This document shows, in pieces, positions 1 through 8,918 of a stretch of DNA of 32,000 bases (positions within the stretch are counted from its first letter, which is position 1; each line of letters opens with the position of its first letter). The position numbers were made by a program, and so were the translations under genes. Origin of the DNA: Dickeya dadantii NCPPB 898 (lineage in GTDB: Bacteria > Pseudomonadota > Gammaproteobacteria > Enterobacterales > Enterobacteriaceae). The stretch is taken from the NCBI RefSeq assembly GCF_000406145.1, contig NZ_CM001976.1, forward strand, positions 1,862,061 through 1,894,060. The letters are read 5' to 3'. The notes below the pieces were generated by a model, which saw only the letters and a program-made list of their open reading frames with translations, ran no database searches and was not told the origin of the DNA.

Positions 1-2
1 TT

Positions 3-1091
3 GGGCGTTACTCTGCGATCCTGCTTCAGATTAAGGACAGCCAGCCATGGTCCGAGAAAGTAGATAAGGAAGTCGTTGGACGACTTCAGGAAAAGGCACT
101 CGTTAAATTAATCCCGGCATGGGAAGCGCAAATTGACCCTGTGACCTGGGACGATAATCCGGACAGTGAAACGTTCGGTGAAGTGACGATGTACTCGTTC
201 ACCGAATTGCCGGTTGACGGAAACTTTGACGCCCGCCCGGGGCGAATCATCAACGTCCACCATGATCGCGTAATCATCCTGGCCGAGGGCTCTGATGATG
301 GCGTGATGACGTCGGGCAAATCGCTGCTTGAGGCTGGATTCAACAAGCTGCTGGACATCGAGAAAGTGAGCGGTGGTGCGTCTGAGGGATTCCTGAAGAA
401 CGCCAGTCGCCAGCTTAACTACTCGTTCAGTGAGAAGACTAACTTCTCCGCACTGGCGAAAGCGCTAGGCGTGGCGGAAGGGCAGCTTGCTGAAGCACTT
501 GATCAGCAGGTCCGTCGCCTTAACGACAGCACCGACAGCGCCAGTTTTATGCAGGCTGGTACTGCCGAGGTGTTGAGTGTGGCAGCAGCTGACCCAGAGC
601 CGACCTGGCGTACAGCGCTGAGCGAGTTCTGCGCGACCGTTCCTATCCCTGTGAAAGAGCTCGTTGGGATGCAGACGGGTGAGCGCGCCAGCACTGAGGA
701 CGCCAAAGGTTGGGGGCGCACCAGGATGAGCCGCCGGAAAGGCTTCCTGACCGACGTAATCACCGATGTAGTTTCGCGATTCTGGACGCTTGGCATCATT
801 CCACTGGCTCAGAATGAAGAAATCACTGTAGGTTGGTCTGATCTGCTGGCGCCGAGCCAGGCAGAGAAGATTGCCAACATGGACAAACTCGCGGACGTGG
901 CCGTTAAGTCGACAAACGCGTTTGGACGCTCGGCTATCGAAGAGAACGAAATCCGCGCTGCTGGCGAACTGCAGCCACTGCCTGAGCTTGATGATGAGGT
1001 TCCGCCTGATGGCAACAAACCAAAACCTGATCCTCTGGCCGACCCTCAGTCAGAAGCCGAAAAGTCCGGTGATACCACGGTCGAAAGTTGA
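3..1091 (+). CDS. Phage portal protein, C-terminal part (5' end outside window)
   Basis: The frame is open from nt 3 (GRYSAILLQIKDSQPW...), so the track start at 141 (GTG) is not the true start. VHHDRVIILAEG and the acidic C-tail recall DUF1073/HI1409-type portals. It sits directly upstream of the head morphogenesis gene. Confidence 0.7.
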   Translation, partial: GRYSAILLQIKDSQPWSEKVDKEVVGRLQEKALVKLIPAWEAQIDPVTWDDNPDSETFGEVTMYSFTELPVDGNFDARPGRIINVHHDRVIILAEGSDDGVMTSGKSLLEAGFNKLLDIEKVSGGASEGFLKNASRQLNYSFSEKTNFSALAKALGVAEGQLAEALDQQVRRLNDSTDSASFMQAGTAEVLSVAAADPEPTWRTALSEFCATVPIPVKELVGMQTGERASTEDAKGWGRTRMSRRKGFLTDVITDVVSRFWTLGIIPLAQNEEITVGWSDLLAPSQAEKIANMDKLADVAVKSTNAFGRSAIEENEIRAAGELQPLPELDDEVPPDGNKPKPDPLADPQSEAEKSGDTTVES

Positions 1092-1098
1092 CCCCACA

Positions 1099-2019
1099 AT
1101 GTCGCGCAAGTCCGTCAGCAAGATGGAACGCGACATTGAGGATCGGTATTACGCGATAAAGTTGGCGCTGAAATCCCTGCTTGACCAGCGCCTGATCGGG
1201 CGAGAGCGAGAGGTAAACAGCCATAACTGGCACTTCCTCTGCCACGACAATGGCGCGGACATGCGGCTCTACCATGTCAACGCCGGCAAGTTCATCTACG
1301 ACATGTCGGCGCAGGAACTGGCTGACCTGCTGGAGGCAGTGCAGGCCATTCTCGATGACCATCTGCTGGAGGGTGGCGAGCAAAACCTGTGGGCGATGGA
1401 TTACGTCGTCGCAGAAGCTCAGCGCGGCACGCTGGAGGCATTCAACAACCTCTCGCAGCAGTCGCAGGTGTACGCCAGCCAGACGACGCTACAGCAGCTC
1501 TTAAGCAGTCCCGGTCACCTTAATCAGGTGGCGGCAGCCAGGCTAACAGCGTTCAGTGACTGGAAGGTCATCAGCGATACAGCCCGCGGAGACCTTACCA
1601 ACATCATCACTGACGCGGTAGCGCGCGGCGTGAATCCTCGCGAGACGGCCAGCGTAATCAGTAAGCGCCTCGATGTGTCGATGTCGAAGGCGAAGACCAT
1701 CGCTCAGACTGAGCAGGTCGGCGCGCTGCGTGAAGCTCAATGGAATGAGACGGACTGGGCTTCCGAGAGGCTCGGGCTGAATACTGGTCTTCTCCATCTT
1801 TCTGCGCTGAAGCCTACCACCAGGACAACGCACGCATTCTGGCATGGAAAGGTCAGAACCGTGCAAGAGGTGCGCGACTGGTATGCAGTAGATGGTAATA
1901 AATACCACTGCTATTGCGGCCAGATCCCGGTGCTGCTCAACGACGACGGCAGCATCTTCAACGAAGGGCTGGCTGATAAGCTGACAGCCGAACGTAAACA
2001 ATGGGCTAAAGCAGCCTGA
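1099..2019 (+). CDS. Head morphogenesis / minor head protein (Mu gpF, SPP1 gp7-like)
   Basis: ATG 1099 lies 8 nt after the portal stop. The track start at 871 would overlap the portal by 220 nt in another frame. The C-terminal region TRTTHAFWHGKVRTVQEV resembles the conserved R..H..G region of this family. The gene follows the portal. Confidence 0.7.
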   Translation: MSRKSVSKMERDIEDRYYAIKLALKSLLDQRLIGREREVNSHNWHFLCHDNGADMRLYHVNAGKFIYDMSAQELADLLEAVQAILDDHLLEGGEQNLWAMDYVVAEAQRGTLEAFNNLSQQSQVYASQTTLQQLLSSPGHLNQVAAARLTAFSDWKVISDTARGDLTNIITDAVARGVNPRETASVISKRLDVSMSKAKTIAQTEQVGALREAQWNETDWASERLGLNTGLLHLSALKPTTRTTHAFWHGKVRTVQEVRDWYAVDGNKYHCYCGQIPVLLNDDGSIFNEGLADKLTAERKQWAKAA

Positions 2020-2036
2020 AAATCAGAGGACGCAAC

Positions 2037-3425
2037 GTGAAGCTATCCAGCATCCACGTTAAATCCCTCGCCATCAACGCCTCCAACATCTCAACGACCA
2101 CCATCAACGGCCAGGAGCACTACGTCATTCGTGGTGCGGTCCCGATCGTCGATGATATCGTCATGAATGGTGGCCTGTACCCGGCGGAGGAGATTAACAA
2201 CAGCTACCAGACGATGGAGCGCAAGTTAATGCCGATCGGCCACCCGATGGTGAACGGCAAATACGTGAGCGCCAACGACCCGCAGGCGGTCAACGATTAC
2301 TACGCCGGGGCATGGGCTCAGAACGTCAGCAAGGCCAATGACAAGGTCGTGATGGACGTTTACGTCAATAAGGCCGTGGCAGATACCAAGCCTGACGGTA
2401 AGCGCCTTATTCAGCGCCTGGACGACATGATTTCCGGCAATAACGCCGACCCGATTCATGTTTCTACAGGTCTGCTGCTGAACAAAGAGCAAAAGGCCGG
2501 GGAGTCGAAGCAGAAGAAATACTCCTGGGTTGCTCACAACATGCAGTTCGACCACATCGCAATCCTGCTCGATGAGCCTGGTGCCGGGACGCCTGATGAA
2601 GGTGTCGGCATGTTCGTCAACGCTGACGGGCAGCAGGCCGATGTTGAAACGACGAGCCTCATCGATGCCGCCAACAGCATGAAAGACGGCTGGTGGAACA
2701 AAACCAAGTTTTATTTGAGCAACGCCTCGAATTACTCATTCGATGAAATCTGCGCGGCGCTGCGAAACAAGATGAGCGAGGGTAAGCCTGAAACATATTA
2801 CTTCTGGCCGGAAGCCGTCTGGCCTGATCGCTTCATTTACGAGGAAAACGGCAAATACCTCCAGCAAAAGTACCTCATTGACGACGATGGCAAGGCTGAA
2901 CTCGTCGGTGATCCAGTAGAAGTCGTGCGCAAACCAACTGAGTACGAAGTCAAAACCAACGGAGAAACAAACCCGATGAAAGAGAAGATGATCGCCGCGC
3001 TCAATGCCGCAGGCGTTAAAACCGAGGGGCTGACCGACGATCAGGTCTGGGATGCCTACAACCAGCAGATGCAGAAGAAAAATGGCGGCGGCGACCCGGA
3101 CCAGGCTCAGATTAACTCTGATGTGATCACTGCGGCTGTTAATGCGGCGCTAACCCCGCTGAATGAAAAGCTGGGCAAGCTGGAAACCCAACTGCAGGCG
3201 AACGCTGAGAGCGACCTGAAAACCAAACGTGACGCTGTTAAGGCGAAATTCTCGTTCATGACCGAAGCAGCGATCAACTCCCTTTCAGGCGAAGCGCTGA
3301 ACGACATGTACTCACAGTGCCAGACCAGCACTCCGCTGAACCCATCATTCCAGCTGGTCAATTCTGAAAACGACCAGTGGAAAGACTACGACCTTAACGC
3401 AGGTATGGAAGAGGGGACTAAATAA
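2037..3425 (+). CDS. Putative prohead protease/scaffolding protein (DUF2213-like)
   Basis: GTG start with an AGAGGA RBS at 2025-2030. The N-terminal half ([43 protein letters not shown]) resembles DUF2213 phage proteins. The C-terminal half is charged and helical like a scaffold. The gene sits between the morphogenesis and capsid genes. Confidence 0.55.
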   Translation: MKLSSIHVKSLAINASNISTTTINGQEHYVIRGAVPIVDDIVMNGGLYPAEEINNSYQTMERKLMPIGHPMVNGKYVSANDPQAVNDYYAGAWAQNVSKANDKVVMDVYVNKAVADTKPDGKRLIQRLDDMISGNNADPIHVSTGLLLNKEQKAGESKQKKYSWVAHNMQFDHIAILLDEPGAGTPDEGVGMFVNADGQQADVETTSLIDAANSMKDGWWNKTKFYLSNASNYSFDEICAALRNKMSEGKPETYYFWPEAVWPDRFIYEENGKYLQQKYLIDDDGKAELVGDPVEVVRKPTEYEVKTNGETNPMKEKMIAALNAAGVKTEGLTDDQVWDAYNQQMQKKNGGGDPDQAQINSDVITAAVNAALTPLNEKLGKLETQLQANAESDLKTKRDAVKAKFSFMTEAAINSLSGEALNDMYSQCQTSTPLNPSFQLVNSENDQWKDYDLNAGMEEGTK

Positions 3426-3859
3426 TGGCTAACGTCATCTATCGCGGCCCGGTCGAGCGCGAGCCGGAAACCATCAACCTGCCGGTTGCTTCGGCGCTTA
3501 ACCCAGGCGTGGCAGTGAAGGTTGCATCAGGAAAGCTCGCAGCAGCCGCTGATACTACCGGCCGCTGGCTCATCCTTGGCAACCGTCGTTTCATCGGCCA
3601 GGCAATCACCACCGCATACGCGGCCAATGAAACCGGCGTGGCGTACCGTGTAGAAGGCGAGCAGGAATACAACGTCCGTCTGGCGGCCGCAGCCTACACC
3701 GTAGGCCAGGAGTTGACCATCGGCGCGGGTGGCGTGTTCAAAGCAGCCGCTACCGGCAATCAGGTCGTCGCAACGTTCGACGAAAAAGCAGGGCGCACTC
3801 TGGCGGCGGAAGGTTTTGCCGACGTGGTGATCCTCTCCACTCAGTACGCCAAGGCATAA
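3425..3859 (+). CDS. Putative head decoration/cement protein
   Basis: 144 aa, Ala/Gly/Val-rich. TAATG overlap with the upstream gene. It lies immediately upstream of the major capsid gene, as decoration proteins (DUF2190 / gpD-like) do. The family call is weak. Confidence 0.45.
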   Translation: MANVIYRGPVEREPETINLPVASALNPGVAVKVASGKLAAAADTTGRWLILGNRRFIGQAITTAYAANETGVAYRVEGEQEYNVRLAAAAYTVGQELTIGAGGVFKAAATGNQVVATFDEKAGRTLAAEGFADVVILSTQYAKA

Positions 3860-3870
3860 GGAAAACACGA

Positions 3871-4902
3871 ATGTTAAAGTTCACCAAACAACAGCAGGCG
3901 CTGATTCTTAACGCCCGCCGCCGCTGGGACATGATGCAGCGCAATATGGCTGCACAGCACGGATTTGCGGTTAACGATGCAAGCGGCCAGTTCATCGCCT
4001 TCGACGAACTGGTTGGTAACGCATCCGTACTGCCGAAAGACGTATGGGGCGAATGGGACCGCTCGGCGATTACCGTTCAGCGCGATGTGCTGGCGGTGTT
4101 TAACGACCTGGCGGCCAGCGTATCGCGCCCGATGGCACTCGGTAAGATTGTCCATTACTTCATGACGTTGTCCGATTCTGGCGACGTCAATATCAGCCTG
4201 GATGGTCGCAGCAAAGCGAAAACCGATCAGCCTGTCATGGATTATGAAGGTACGCCACTGCCAATCATCGATAGCGAGCTTTCGTTTGGCTGGCGCCAGA
4301 TGCTGGCGGCGCAGACTGAGGGCTACTCTCTGGACAGCGATGCCATTTCTAACCATCAGCGCAAAGTTGCCGAAAAGCTGGAAGACATGGTGCTGAACGG
4401 TGATCCAAACATCAGCGTCGGTGGCGCCACCATCTACGGTCTGCGTACTGCGCCAAACCGTGGCACCGGCACGCACGGCCTGACCCTTAACGGCGCGACG
4501 GGCGCTCAGTGGGTTGCAGCTATTTCCAACCTGATCAACTTGCTGCATGCCGAAAACTTCTATGCGCCGGTGACCATCTACCTGAACTACAAAGACTGGT
4601 TCTACGCATCCGTTAACGATTACGCGGCGAACTATCCGAAAACCATTCTGGCTCGCATCATGGAAATTCCTGGTGTTGCGTCGCTGGTTCCGGCCTCCAA
4701 GGTTCCGACCGATGAGTTGCTGGGCGTTGTTAAGCGCCCTGACGTCGTGCAGATCCTCAACGGCATGCCGGTAACCATGCGCCCCAAAGCGCGACTGAGC
4801 CCGGAAGACGATTATGTCTTCTCTGTACTGGCTGCTGCGGCGCCGCAGTTCAAGCGCGACGCAAACGGCCAGGCGGGTTATGTCCAACTGACCAAGGCAT
4901 GA
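3871..4902 (+). CDS. Major capsid protein (DUF2184 / encapsulin-like fold family)
   Basis: 343 aa with an AAGGA RBS. The sequence pattern (MLKFTKQQ..., [34 protein letters not shown]) matches my recollection of DUF2184 coat proteins. An intrinsic terminator follows. Confidence 0.75.
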   Translation: MLKFTKQQQALILNARRRWDMMQRNMAAQHGFAVNDASGQFIAFDELVGNASVLPKDVWGEWDRSAITVQRDVLAVFNDLAASVSRPMALGKIVHYFMTLSDSGDVNISLDGRSKAKTDQPVMDYEGTPLPIIDSELSFGWRQMLAAQTEGYSLDSDAISNHQRKVAEKLEDMVLNGDPNISVGGATIYGLRTAPNRGTGTHGLTLNGATGAQWVAAISNLINLLHAENFYAPVTIYLNYKDWFYASVNDYAANYPKTILARIMEIPGVASLVPASKVPTDELLGVVKRPDVVQILNGMPVTMRPKARLSPEDDYVFSVLAAAAPQFKRDANGQAGYVQLTKA

Positions 4903-4907
4903 TTCAC

Positions 4908-4930
4908 GGGGCTGCGGCCCCATCTTTTTT
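4908..4930 (+). terminator. Intrinsic terminator after capsid gene
   Basis: GGGGC-UGCG-GCCCC hairpin followed by AUCUUUUUU. Confidence 0.7.
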
Positions 4931-4941
4931 ACGGAGGCCGT

Positions 4942-5235
4942 ATGGCTGGTAAAGAACAAAAATGGCTGCTCACCCATGACAGTCACGAACTGAAAAAGGG
5001 CGAAGTCTATAAAGGTGAAACGCTGCCGCTGTGGCTGGTTGGTAAAGCCATACCTGTCAGCGATCAGGTGCTGGAGGTGGCAACTCCTGATTCCGAAGCG
5101 GTAGCCAAGCTGCAGACGGAGCTGGATGAAGCAAACGGAAAAGTTACCACGCTGACCGATGCCAATACAAAGCTGCAGACGGAGCTGGATGAAGCGCAGA
5201 AACAGCTTACTGAACTGCAGAAAAAGGCGAAATAA
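4942..5235 (+). CDS. Small coiled-coil protein, function unknown
   Basis: GGAGG RBS. The C-terminal half is heptad-like, with a duplicated KLQTELDEA segment. Confidence 0.6.
   Translation: MAGKEQKWLLTHDSHELKKGEVYKGETLPLWLVGKAIPVSDQVLEVATPDSEAVAKLQTELDEANGKVTTLTDANTKLQTELDEAQKQLTELQKKAK
5107..5195 (+). repeat. 26-nt perfect in-frame direct repeat (two copies, 63 nt apart)
   Basis: AAGCTGCAGACGGAGCTGGATGAAGC occurs at 5107-5132 and again at 5170-5195. Confidence 0.9.
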
Positions 5236-5237
5236 CC

Positions 5238-5618
5238 ATGGCGGCCCAGATAACTGCTGACGAAGCGTCTGCGTTGCTCGCTGAGCTGGGCTACAGCATC
5301 CCGTCTGTGGTGCTGGGCTTGTTACTGGATCAGGTCAATGCGATCGACGAATGCCTTGATGCCGCCGGACAGGACGACAATACGCAGAAGCTGATCAAGC
5401 TGTATGCCGCTGCGCTGCTTGCTGCCTCGTCGGGTGCCCGGCGAATTAAATCGCGTGGGGCACCGTCCGGTTCGTCCCAGTCATTCGACTATGGGGAGGA
5501 CGGTATCACCTGGTTGCGTGATTCGCTGATCCGCCTCGATACCAGCGGCTGCACCGGGGCGTTGCCAATTAGTGCCGGCAATAGCGTGGGTTTGTTTATG
5601 GTTGTCGGGGGCTGCTGA
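5238..5618 (+). CDS. Putative head-tail connector / head completion protein
   Basis: 126 aa, sited between the capsid and adaptor genes. ATGA coupling to the next ORF. Family not confidently recognised. Confidence 0.4.
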   Translation: MAAQITADEASALLAELGYSIPSVVLGLLLDQVNAIDECLDAAGQDDNTQKLIKLYAAALLAASSGARRIKSRGAPSGSSQSFDYGEDGITWLRDSLIRLDTSGCTGALPISAGNSVGLFMVVGGC

Positions 5619-5892
5619 TGCTTGAAGCAAAACAAATCGCCGAGTTGCTTAACCAGTTATTTGCGACCGACCCTTCGGCGGCGGCTGCCCTGGTCAATCA
5701 TCGCGTGGTATGTAACGACGAATTCCTCGGTAGTGACATTCCTTCGTCTGCTCGCAGTCTCGTGATGGTGTCATCACTATGGGTGTCGTCGGGTTTGTTA
5801 ATGCAATGGCGAAGCCCGGCACTGGCTATGCCGCTGCAATTTACGGCGATGACAACCAATTGACTGGCTTCACTGTCGTAGGGGCTGATTGA
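5618..5892 (+). pseudogene. Small phage gene apparently disrupted by a 1-nt frameshift (or needing a -1 shift) near 5737-5745
   Basis: The 5' part (frame of 5618) starts with ATGA coupling to the upstream gene. The 3' part in the -1 frame (open from 5737) reads HSFVCSQSRDGVITMGVVGFVNAMAKPGTGYAAAIYGDDNQLTGFTVVGAD and ends in ATGA coupling with the next ORF at 5892. The annotated frame instead ends in low-complexity SLWVSSGLLMQWRSPALAMPLQF. Confidence 0.45.
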
Positions 5893-6062
5893 TGACGTGG
5901 GTATCAGTAAGCGTCCGGCTGCCGCGTTCGTTCACCCGCGTATGGGTGATGACCGACACCGGGCGGCAGACTACCGGCTACGTCAAATCGGACGGCGCGT
6001 GGTTTATTAACTGCCCGCGCATTCGGGCCGCCGGCGCTATCGTATTGCAGTGGAGGGAATAG
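5892..6062 (+). CDS. 56-aa DUF551-like protein (below the ORF-track size cutoff)
   Basis: Translates as MTWVSVSVRLPRSFTRVWVMTDTGRQTTGYVKSDGAWFINCPRIRAAGAIVLQWRE. The W-V-S-V-x-x-R-L-P ... V-x-x-W pattern is typical of DUF551. The ATG overlaps the upstream TGA. Confidence 0.5.
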   Translation: MTWVSVSVRLPRSFTRVWVMTDTGRQTTGYVKSDGAWFINCPRIRAAGAIVLQWRE

Positions 6063-6064
6063 GT

Positions 6065-6415
6065 ATGTCGTCAGCAGCAAACTGGAGCTACACGGCGAAG
6101 GCGACCGTGTGGCGCAAGCTTGCAGGGAATGATGAGTACGGCGACCCAATGGGCTACGCCGCGCCGGAAGTCATCATGTGCGATTACCAGGGCGGGCTCA
6201 GCAAGAAGTTAGCCAGTCTGGGCGCTGAAATCGTCGTCAAAAATACGGTGTGGACGGAATATGCGCTGGCCGATGCTGGTGATTATTTGCTGATCGGCGA
6301 ATCAACAGAGGCTGACCCGGTTTCCGCCGGCGCCGACGAGGTGCGGCAGGTTATACGATACGCCGACACGTTCGAGCGACTGGCAGACGATTTCGCCATT
6401 TTGACGGGGGCATAA
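6065..6415 (+). CDS. Head-tail adaptor / head closure protein
   Basis: ATG 6065 with a GGAGGG RBS; the track start at 6050 is less likely. About 116 aa. Position and pattern (W..Y.A.V.R......DE.G) resemble the Phage_H_T_join family. Confidence 0.6.
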   Translation: MSSAANWSYTAKATVWRKLAGNDEYGDPMGYAAPEVIMCDYQGGLSKKLASLGAEIVVKNTVWTEYALADAGDYLLIGESTEADPVSAGADEVRQVIRYADTFERLADDFAILTGA

Positions 6416-6417
6416 TC

Positions 6418-6786
6418 ATGGGGGCAAAAGTCCGGGGTATAGCCCAATCAAAACGCGGACTGGAGCGGATTATCAACGATATTCAGGGGCGTAAAGCCGT
6501 GCGCGCCATTCAATCGGCAATGCTGATTGGCGCGGCACAGGCGGCACTGTACACCCCGATCGACACGTCTACGCTGCTGAACAGCCAATACCGGGAGCTA
6601 AACGTCCGCGGGACCCGGCTGACCGGGCGCGTGGGCTACTCGGCCAACTATGCCGTGTACGTTCATGACCCGGATGTGCCGCAGGCATTCCGACGAACTA
6701 CGGCGGAAAAAGAGTTCCTGACTAAGGGTTTTGCCGATACGTGGGAACAGATCACCGAAGCAATGCGTAAGGAGTTGGCGTTATGA
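6418..6786 (+). CDS. HK97 gp10-like tail-component protein
   Basis: 122 aa. The motifs YTPIDTSTLLNS and GYSANYAVYVHD are typical of the HK97 gp10 family. Confidence 0.65.
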   Translation: MGAKVRGIAQSKRGLERIINDIQGRKAVRAIQSAMLIGAAQAALYTPIDTSTLLNSQYRELNVRGTRLTGRVGYSANYAVYVHDPDVPQAFRRTTAEKEFLTKGFADTWEQITEAMRKELAL

Positions 6787-7166
6787 CACCGCTTATATAT
6801 GAGCGCGTGCGCAATATGTTCGGTGATGCCGGACTAGCTGACGGCTTTACCGTCCAGTTGCTGATGTACGACGACCCAGGCGATCTATCAAAAGCAGTGA
6901 TGGTGTTCCGGCCGAACGGCGGTACCGCTATCCGTAACGACCTGGGGGCTGAACATTATGTGCTGGTGGATATCATCGGGGCCAAAGACAAGCGCCGCGA
7001 TGCCGCCAGCGCGGTGCAGCGCATCATCGACTATGTACAGGCCAACCCGATGGGCGATGAGTGTGTGGGCTTTATCCAGAACATGGGCGGCATCCCGCCG
7101 CCGGTACTCACAGAGGACGGGCGGATAGTGTTTCGTCTGCAATTCGCCTGCAATTATGGGGAATAA
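6783..7166 (+). CDS. Tail completion / tail terminator-like protein
   Basis: 127 aa with an ATGA overlap. It is the last gene before the major tail gene. Confidence 0.5.
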   Translation: MTPLIYERVRNMFGDAGLADGFTVQLLMYDDPGDLSKAVMVFRPNGGTAIRNDLGAEHYVLVDIIGAKDKRRDAASAVQRIIDYVQANPMGDECVGFIQNMGGIPPPVLTEDGRIVFRLQFACNYGE

Positions 7167-7183
7167 ACCACCCCAGAATTATC

Positions 7184-7206
7184 GCCACCCGCGGGTGGCT
7201 TTTTTA
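7184..7206 (+). terminator. Intrinsic terminator upstream of major tail gene
   Basis: GCCACC-CGCG-GGUGGC hairpin followed by U6. Confidence 0.75.
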
Positions 7207-7229
7207 TTTCCCAAATCACGGAGAACGCA

Positions 7230-7973
7230 ATGAGCGATTGCACTAACTCTAATGAGCGCCTATTCGGCGGCGCGGTCGTGCTGGAAGTTGCCGATGGGTG
7301 CCCGGACGCGAAACCGGCAGAGGCCGACTGGAAGGCGCTGGCGGCCGGCACCAGCAAGGGTTTTGACTTTAACCCCAACACGGTGACATCTGACGCTGAC
7401 GATGGGGCCGGTTTTGTTGAAACCATCATCACCAACAGCGATTTCACCATCAGTTTTGAAGGCGAGGTGCGCAAGAAAGACCGGCTTGATCAGTACGGAA
7501 TCGGTAAATATATCAAGTACTTTTCGACTGAGCTTGCGGCCAAGCGCCAGCCCGGTATCTGGGTTCGGATGGACTATGGCCCGGTAGAGTTCGTCGGCTA
7601 TATGAACATCACCGCACTGAGCTCTGACGGTGGGACCAATGATATCGTGACTTTCTCAACCGAATTCAAAGTCGGTGACGCGAGCACGATCGAGGTTAAC
7701 GAAACTGACACCGTGGCTGTAACCGGCGTCACAATCTCGCCGACTACCAGCACCGGGGCCGCCGGCGGAACGAGCACGTTTACGGTTACCGTAGCTCCAA
7801 CTGGCGCGACAAACAAAACGTTTACCGTGGCCTCAACTGACCCAACCAAAGCCACAGCGACGGCGTCAGGAACGACGGTTACAGTTAGCCGTGTTGCCGC
7901 CGGGTCGGCGCAAATTGTTATCTCCACCGCCGACGGAAATTTTGTAGCAACCCATACGGTCACCGTCAGTTAA
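7230..7973 (+). CDS. Major tail protein with C-terminal Ig-like (Big_2-type) domain
   Basis: GGAG RBS. The N-terminal part resembles a tail tube protein. The C-terminal ~85 aa (VTGVTISPTTST..TFTVTVAP..FTVASTDPTKATA..TVTVS) resembles a bacterial Ig-like domain. Confidence 0.75.
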   Translation: MSDCTNSNERLFGGAVVLEVADGCPDAKPAEADWKALAAGTSKGFDFNPNTVTSDADDGAGFVETIITNSDFTISFEGEVRKKDRLDQYGIGKYIKYFSTELAAKRQPGIWVRMDYGPVEFVGYMNITALSSDGGTNDIVTFSTEFKVGDASTIEVNETDTVAVTGVTISPTTSTGAAGGTSTFTVTVAPTGATNKTFTVASTDPTKATATASGTTVTVSRVAAGSAQIVISTADGNFVATHTVTVS

Positions 7974-7984
7974 CGGGCATTACA

Positions 7985-8006
7985 AAGGCCACCAGCTGGT
8001 GGCCTT
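7985..8006 (+). terminator. Perfect 22-nt palindrome hairpin after major tail gene (weak U tract)
   Basis: AAGGCCACC-AGCU-GGUGGCCUU. Only UU follows, so it may act as an attenuator or stabiliser rather than a full terminator. Confidence 0.4.
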
Positions 8007-8034
8007 GATAATGCGTGTTTACCCAGGGGGAACC

Positions 8035-8715
8035 ATGACTCCACTGAAAGCGATCGGCGAGTGCGTGATTTCGACACGTCAGCGCGATTATCTGCTCCGA
8101 CCGTCATTCGCAGCTATGACGCGAATTGGTGAGCCGGCTGAGGTGGTCCGGGCTTTTTATGACCTGCATAATGACGAGGCGCGCCAGCTCATTGAACGCG
8201 CCATTGATGCCTACGGCACAGCACCAGCATGGCTGATAACTCACGTGTCCAGACCGATATTCAGCAGGCAGGCGGTGCTGGCGGCGATAACGGTGCTGGC
8301 GGCGTGCTGCGATACTGATTGCTCAGCCCTGACCGGGGAGCTGGTGCCCAGGAAGACCGGTAAAGACGGCGTTATATGGCGCCCTGGCTCAATGCCGGCT
8401 CCCGATCTGGTGCTGGTGGCGCAGTCGCTGATTACCCACGGCATTATTGGTAAGGCCAAGGTGCGGCGTTTGCAGCGTCACGAGTCTGCCGAGCGTACAA
8501 CCGAATTCCACGCTGTCGAGTACATCAATGCGGCGCGCTCGCATTTCGGCATGAGTCGACAGGAGGCCGAGAACCTGACGATGACCGAATTCATCATGCT
8601 GCTGGCCGCCAAATATCCAGACCAGAAGGGGTTCACGAGGGAGGAATACGACGCGGTAGCCGATGACTACTTGCGGCGAAAGGCGGCGAGACTGACGAAA
8701 GAAAACACCCACTGA
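8035..8715 (+). CDS. Tail assembly chaperone (single 226-aa ORF)
   Basis: ATG 8035 follows GGGGGAACC. It lies after the major tail gene. No second overlapping + strand ORF is visible. Confidence 0.55.
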   Translation: MTPLKAIGECVISTRQRDYLLRPSFAAMTRIGEPAEVVRAFYDLHNDEARQLIERAIDAYGTAPAWLITHVSRPIFSRQAVLAAITVLAACCDTDCSALTGELVPRKTGKDGVIWRPGSMPAPDLVLVAQSLITHGIIGKAKVRRLQRHESAERTTEFHAVEYINAARSHFGMSRQEAENLTMTEFIMLLAAKYPDQKGFTREEYDAVADDYLRRKAARLTKENTH

Positions 8716-8755
8716 ACTCCGTCAACTGATTTGAAATCCATCAACCCACTAACTT

Positions 8756-8784
8756 AGCCCCGTCAGCCGATGGGGCTTTTTTTA
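8756..8784 (+). terminator. Intrinsic terminator after chaperone gene
   Basis: AGCCCC-(10 nt loop)-GGGGCU followed by U7. Confidence 0.75.
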
Positions 8785-8918
8785 TCCCCGCGCTTCACAC
8801 GCGCACGTTATAATCCCAGAGCCTACAGAAAGCCGAGCCTGAGAGTTGCCGTTGGTGGCGACCTTCTGGGAGGCGGCTGCTCTGTGTGACAGGCTCTGCT
8901 TTCTATAGGCAAATCGCT

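Noticed and set aside
871-1098. Upstream extension of the head morphogenesis ORF (track start 871)
   Set aside because: It would overlap the portal gene by 220 nt in another frame, and its translation is low-complexity. ATG 1099, just after the portal stop, is more parsimonious.
3874-4986. 370-aa ORF on the - strand covering the whole major capsid gene
   Set aside because: It is exactly antisense to a well-supported capsid gene. The product is Arg/Gln/Val-rich with no recognisable motif and no RBS context. This is a typical shadow ORF of a GC-rich, codon-biased gene.
8877-8892. LexA-box-like sequence CTGC-N8-ACAG upstream of the KilA-N gene
   Set aside because: The spacing fits CTG-N10-CAG. 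However, the half-site has a mismatch, the centre is GC-rich rather than AT-rich, and the box lies about 63 nt downstream of the only good -10. That is too weak to call SOS control.
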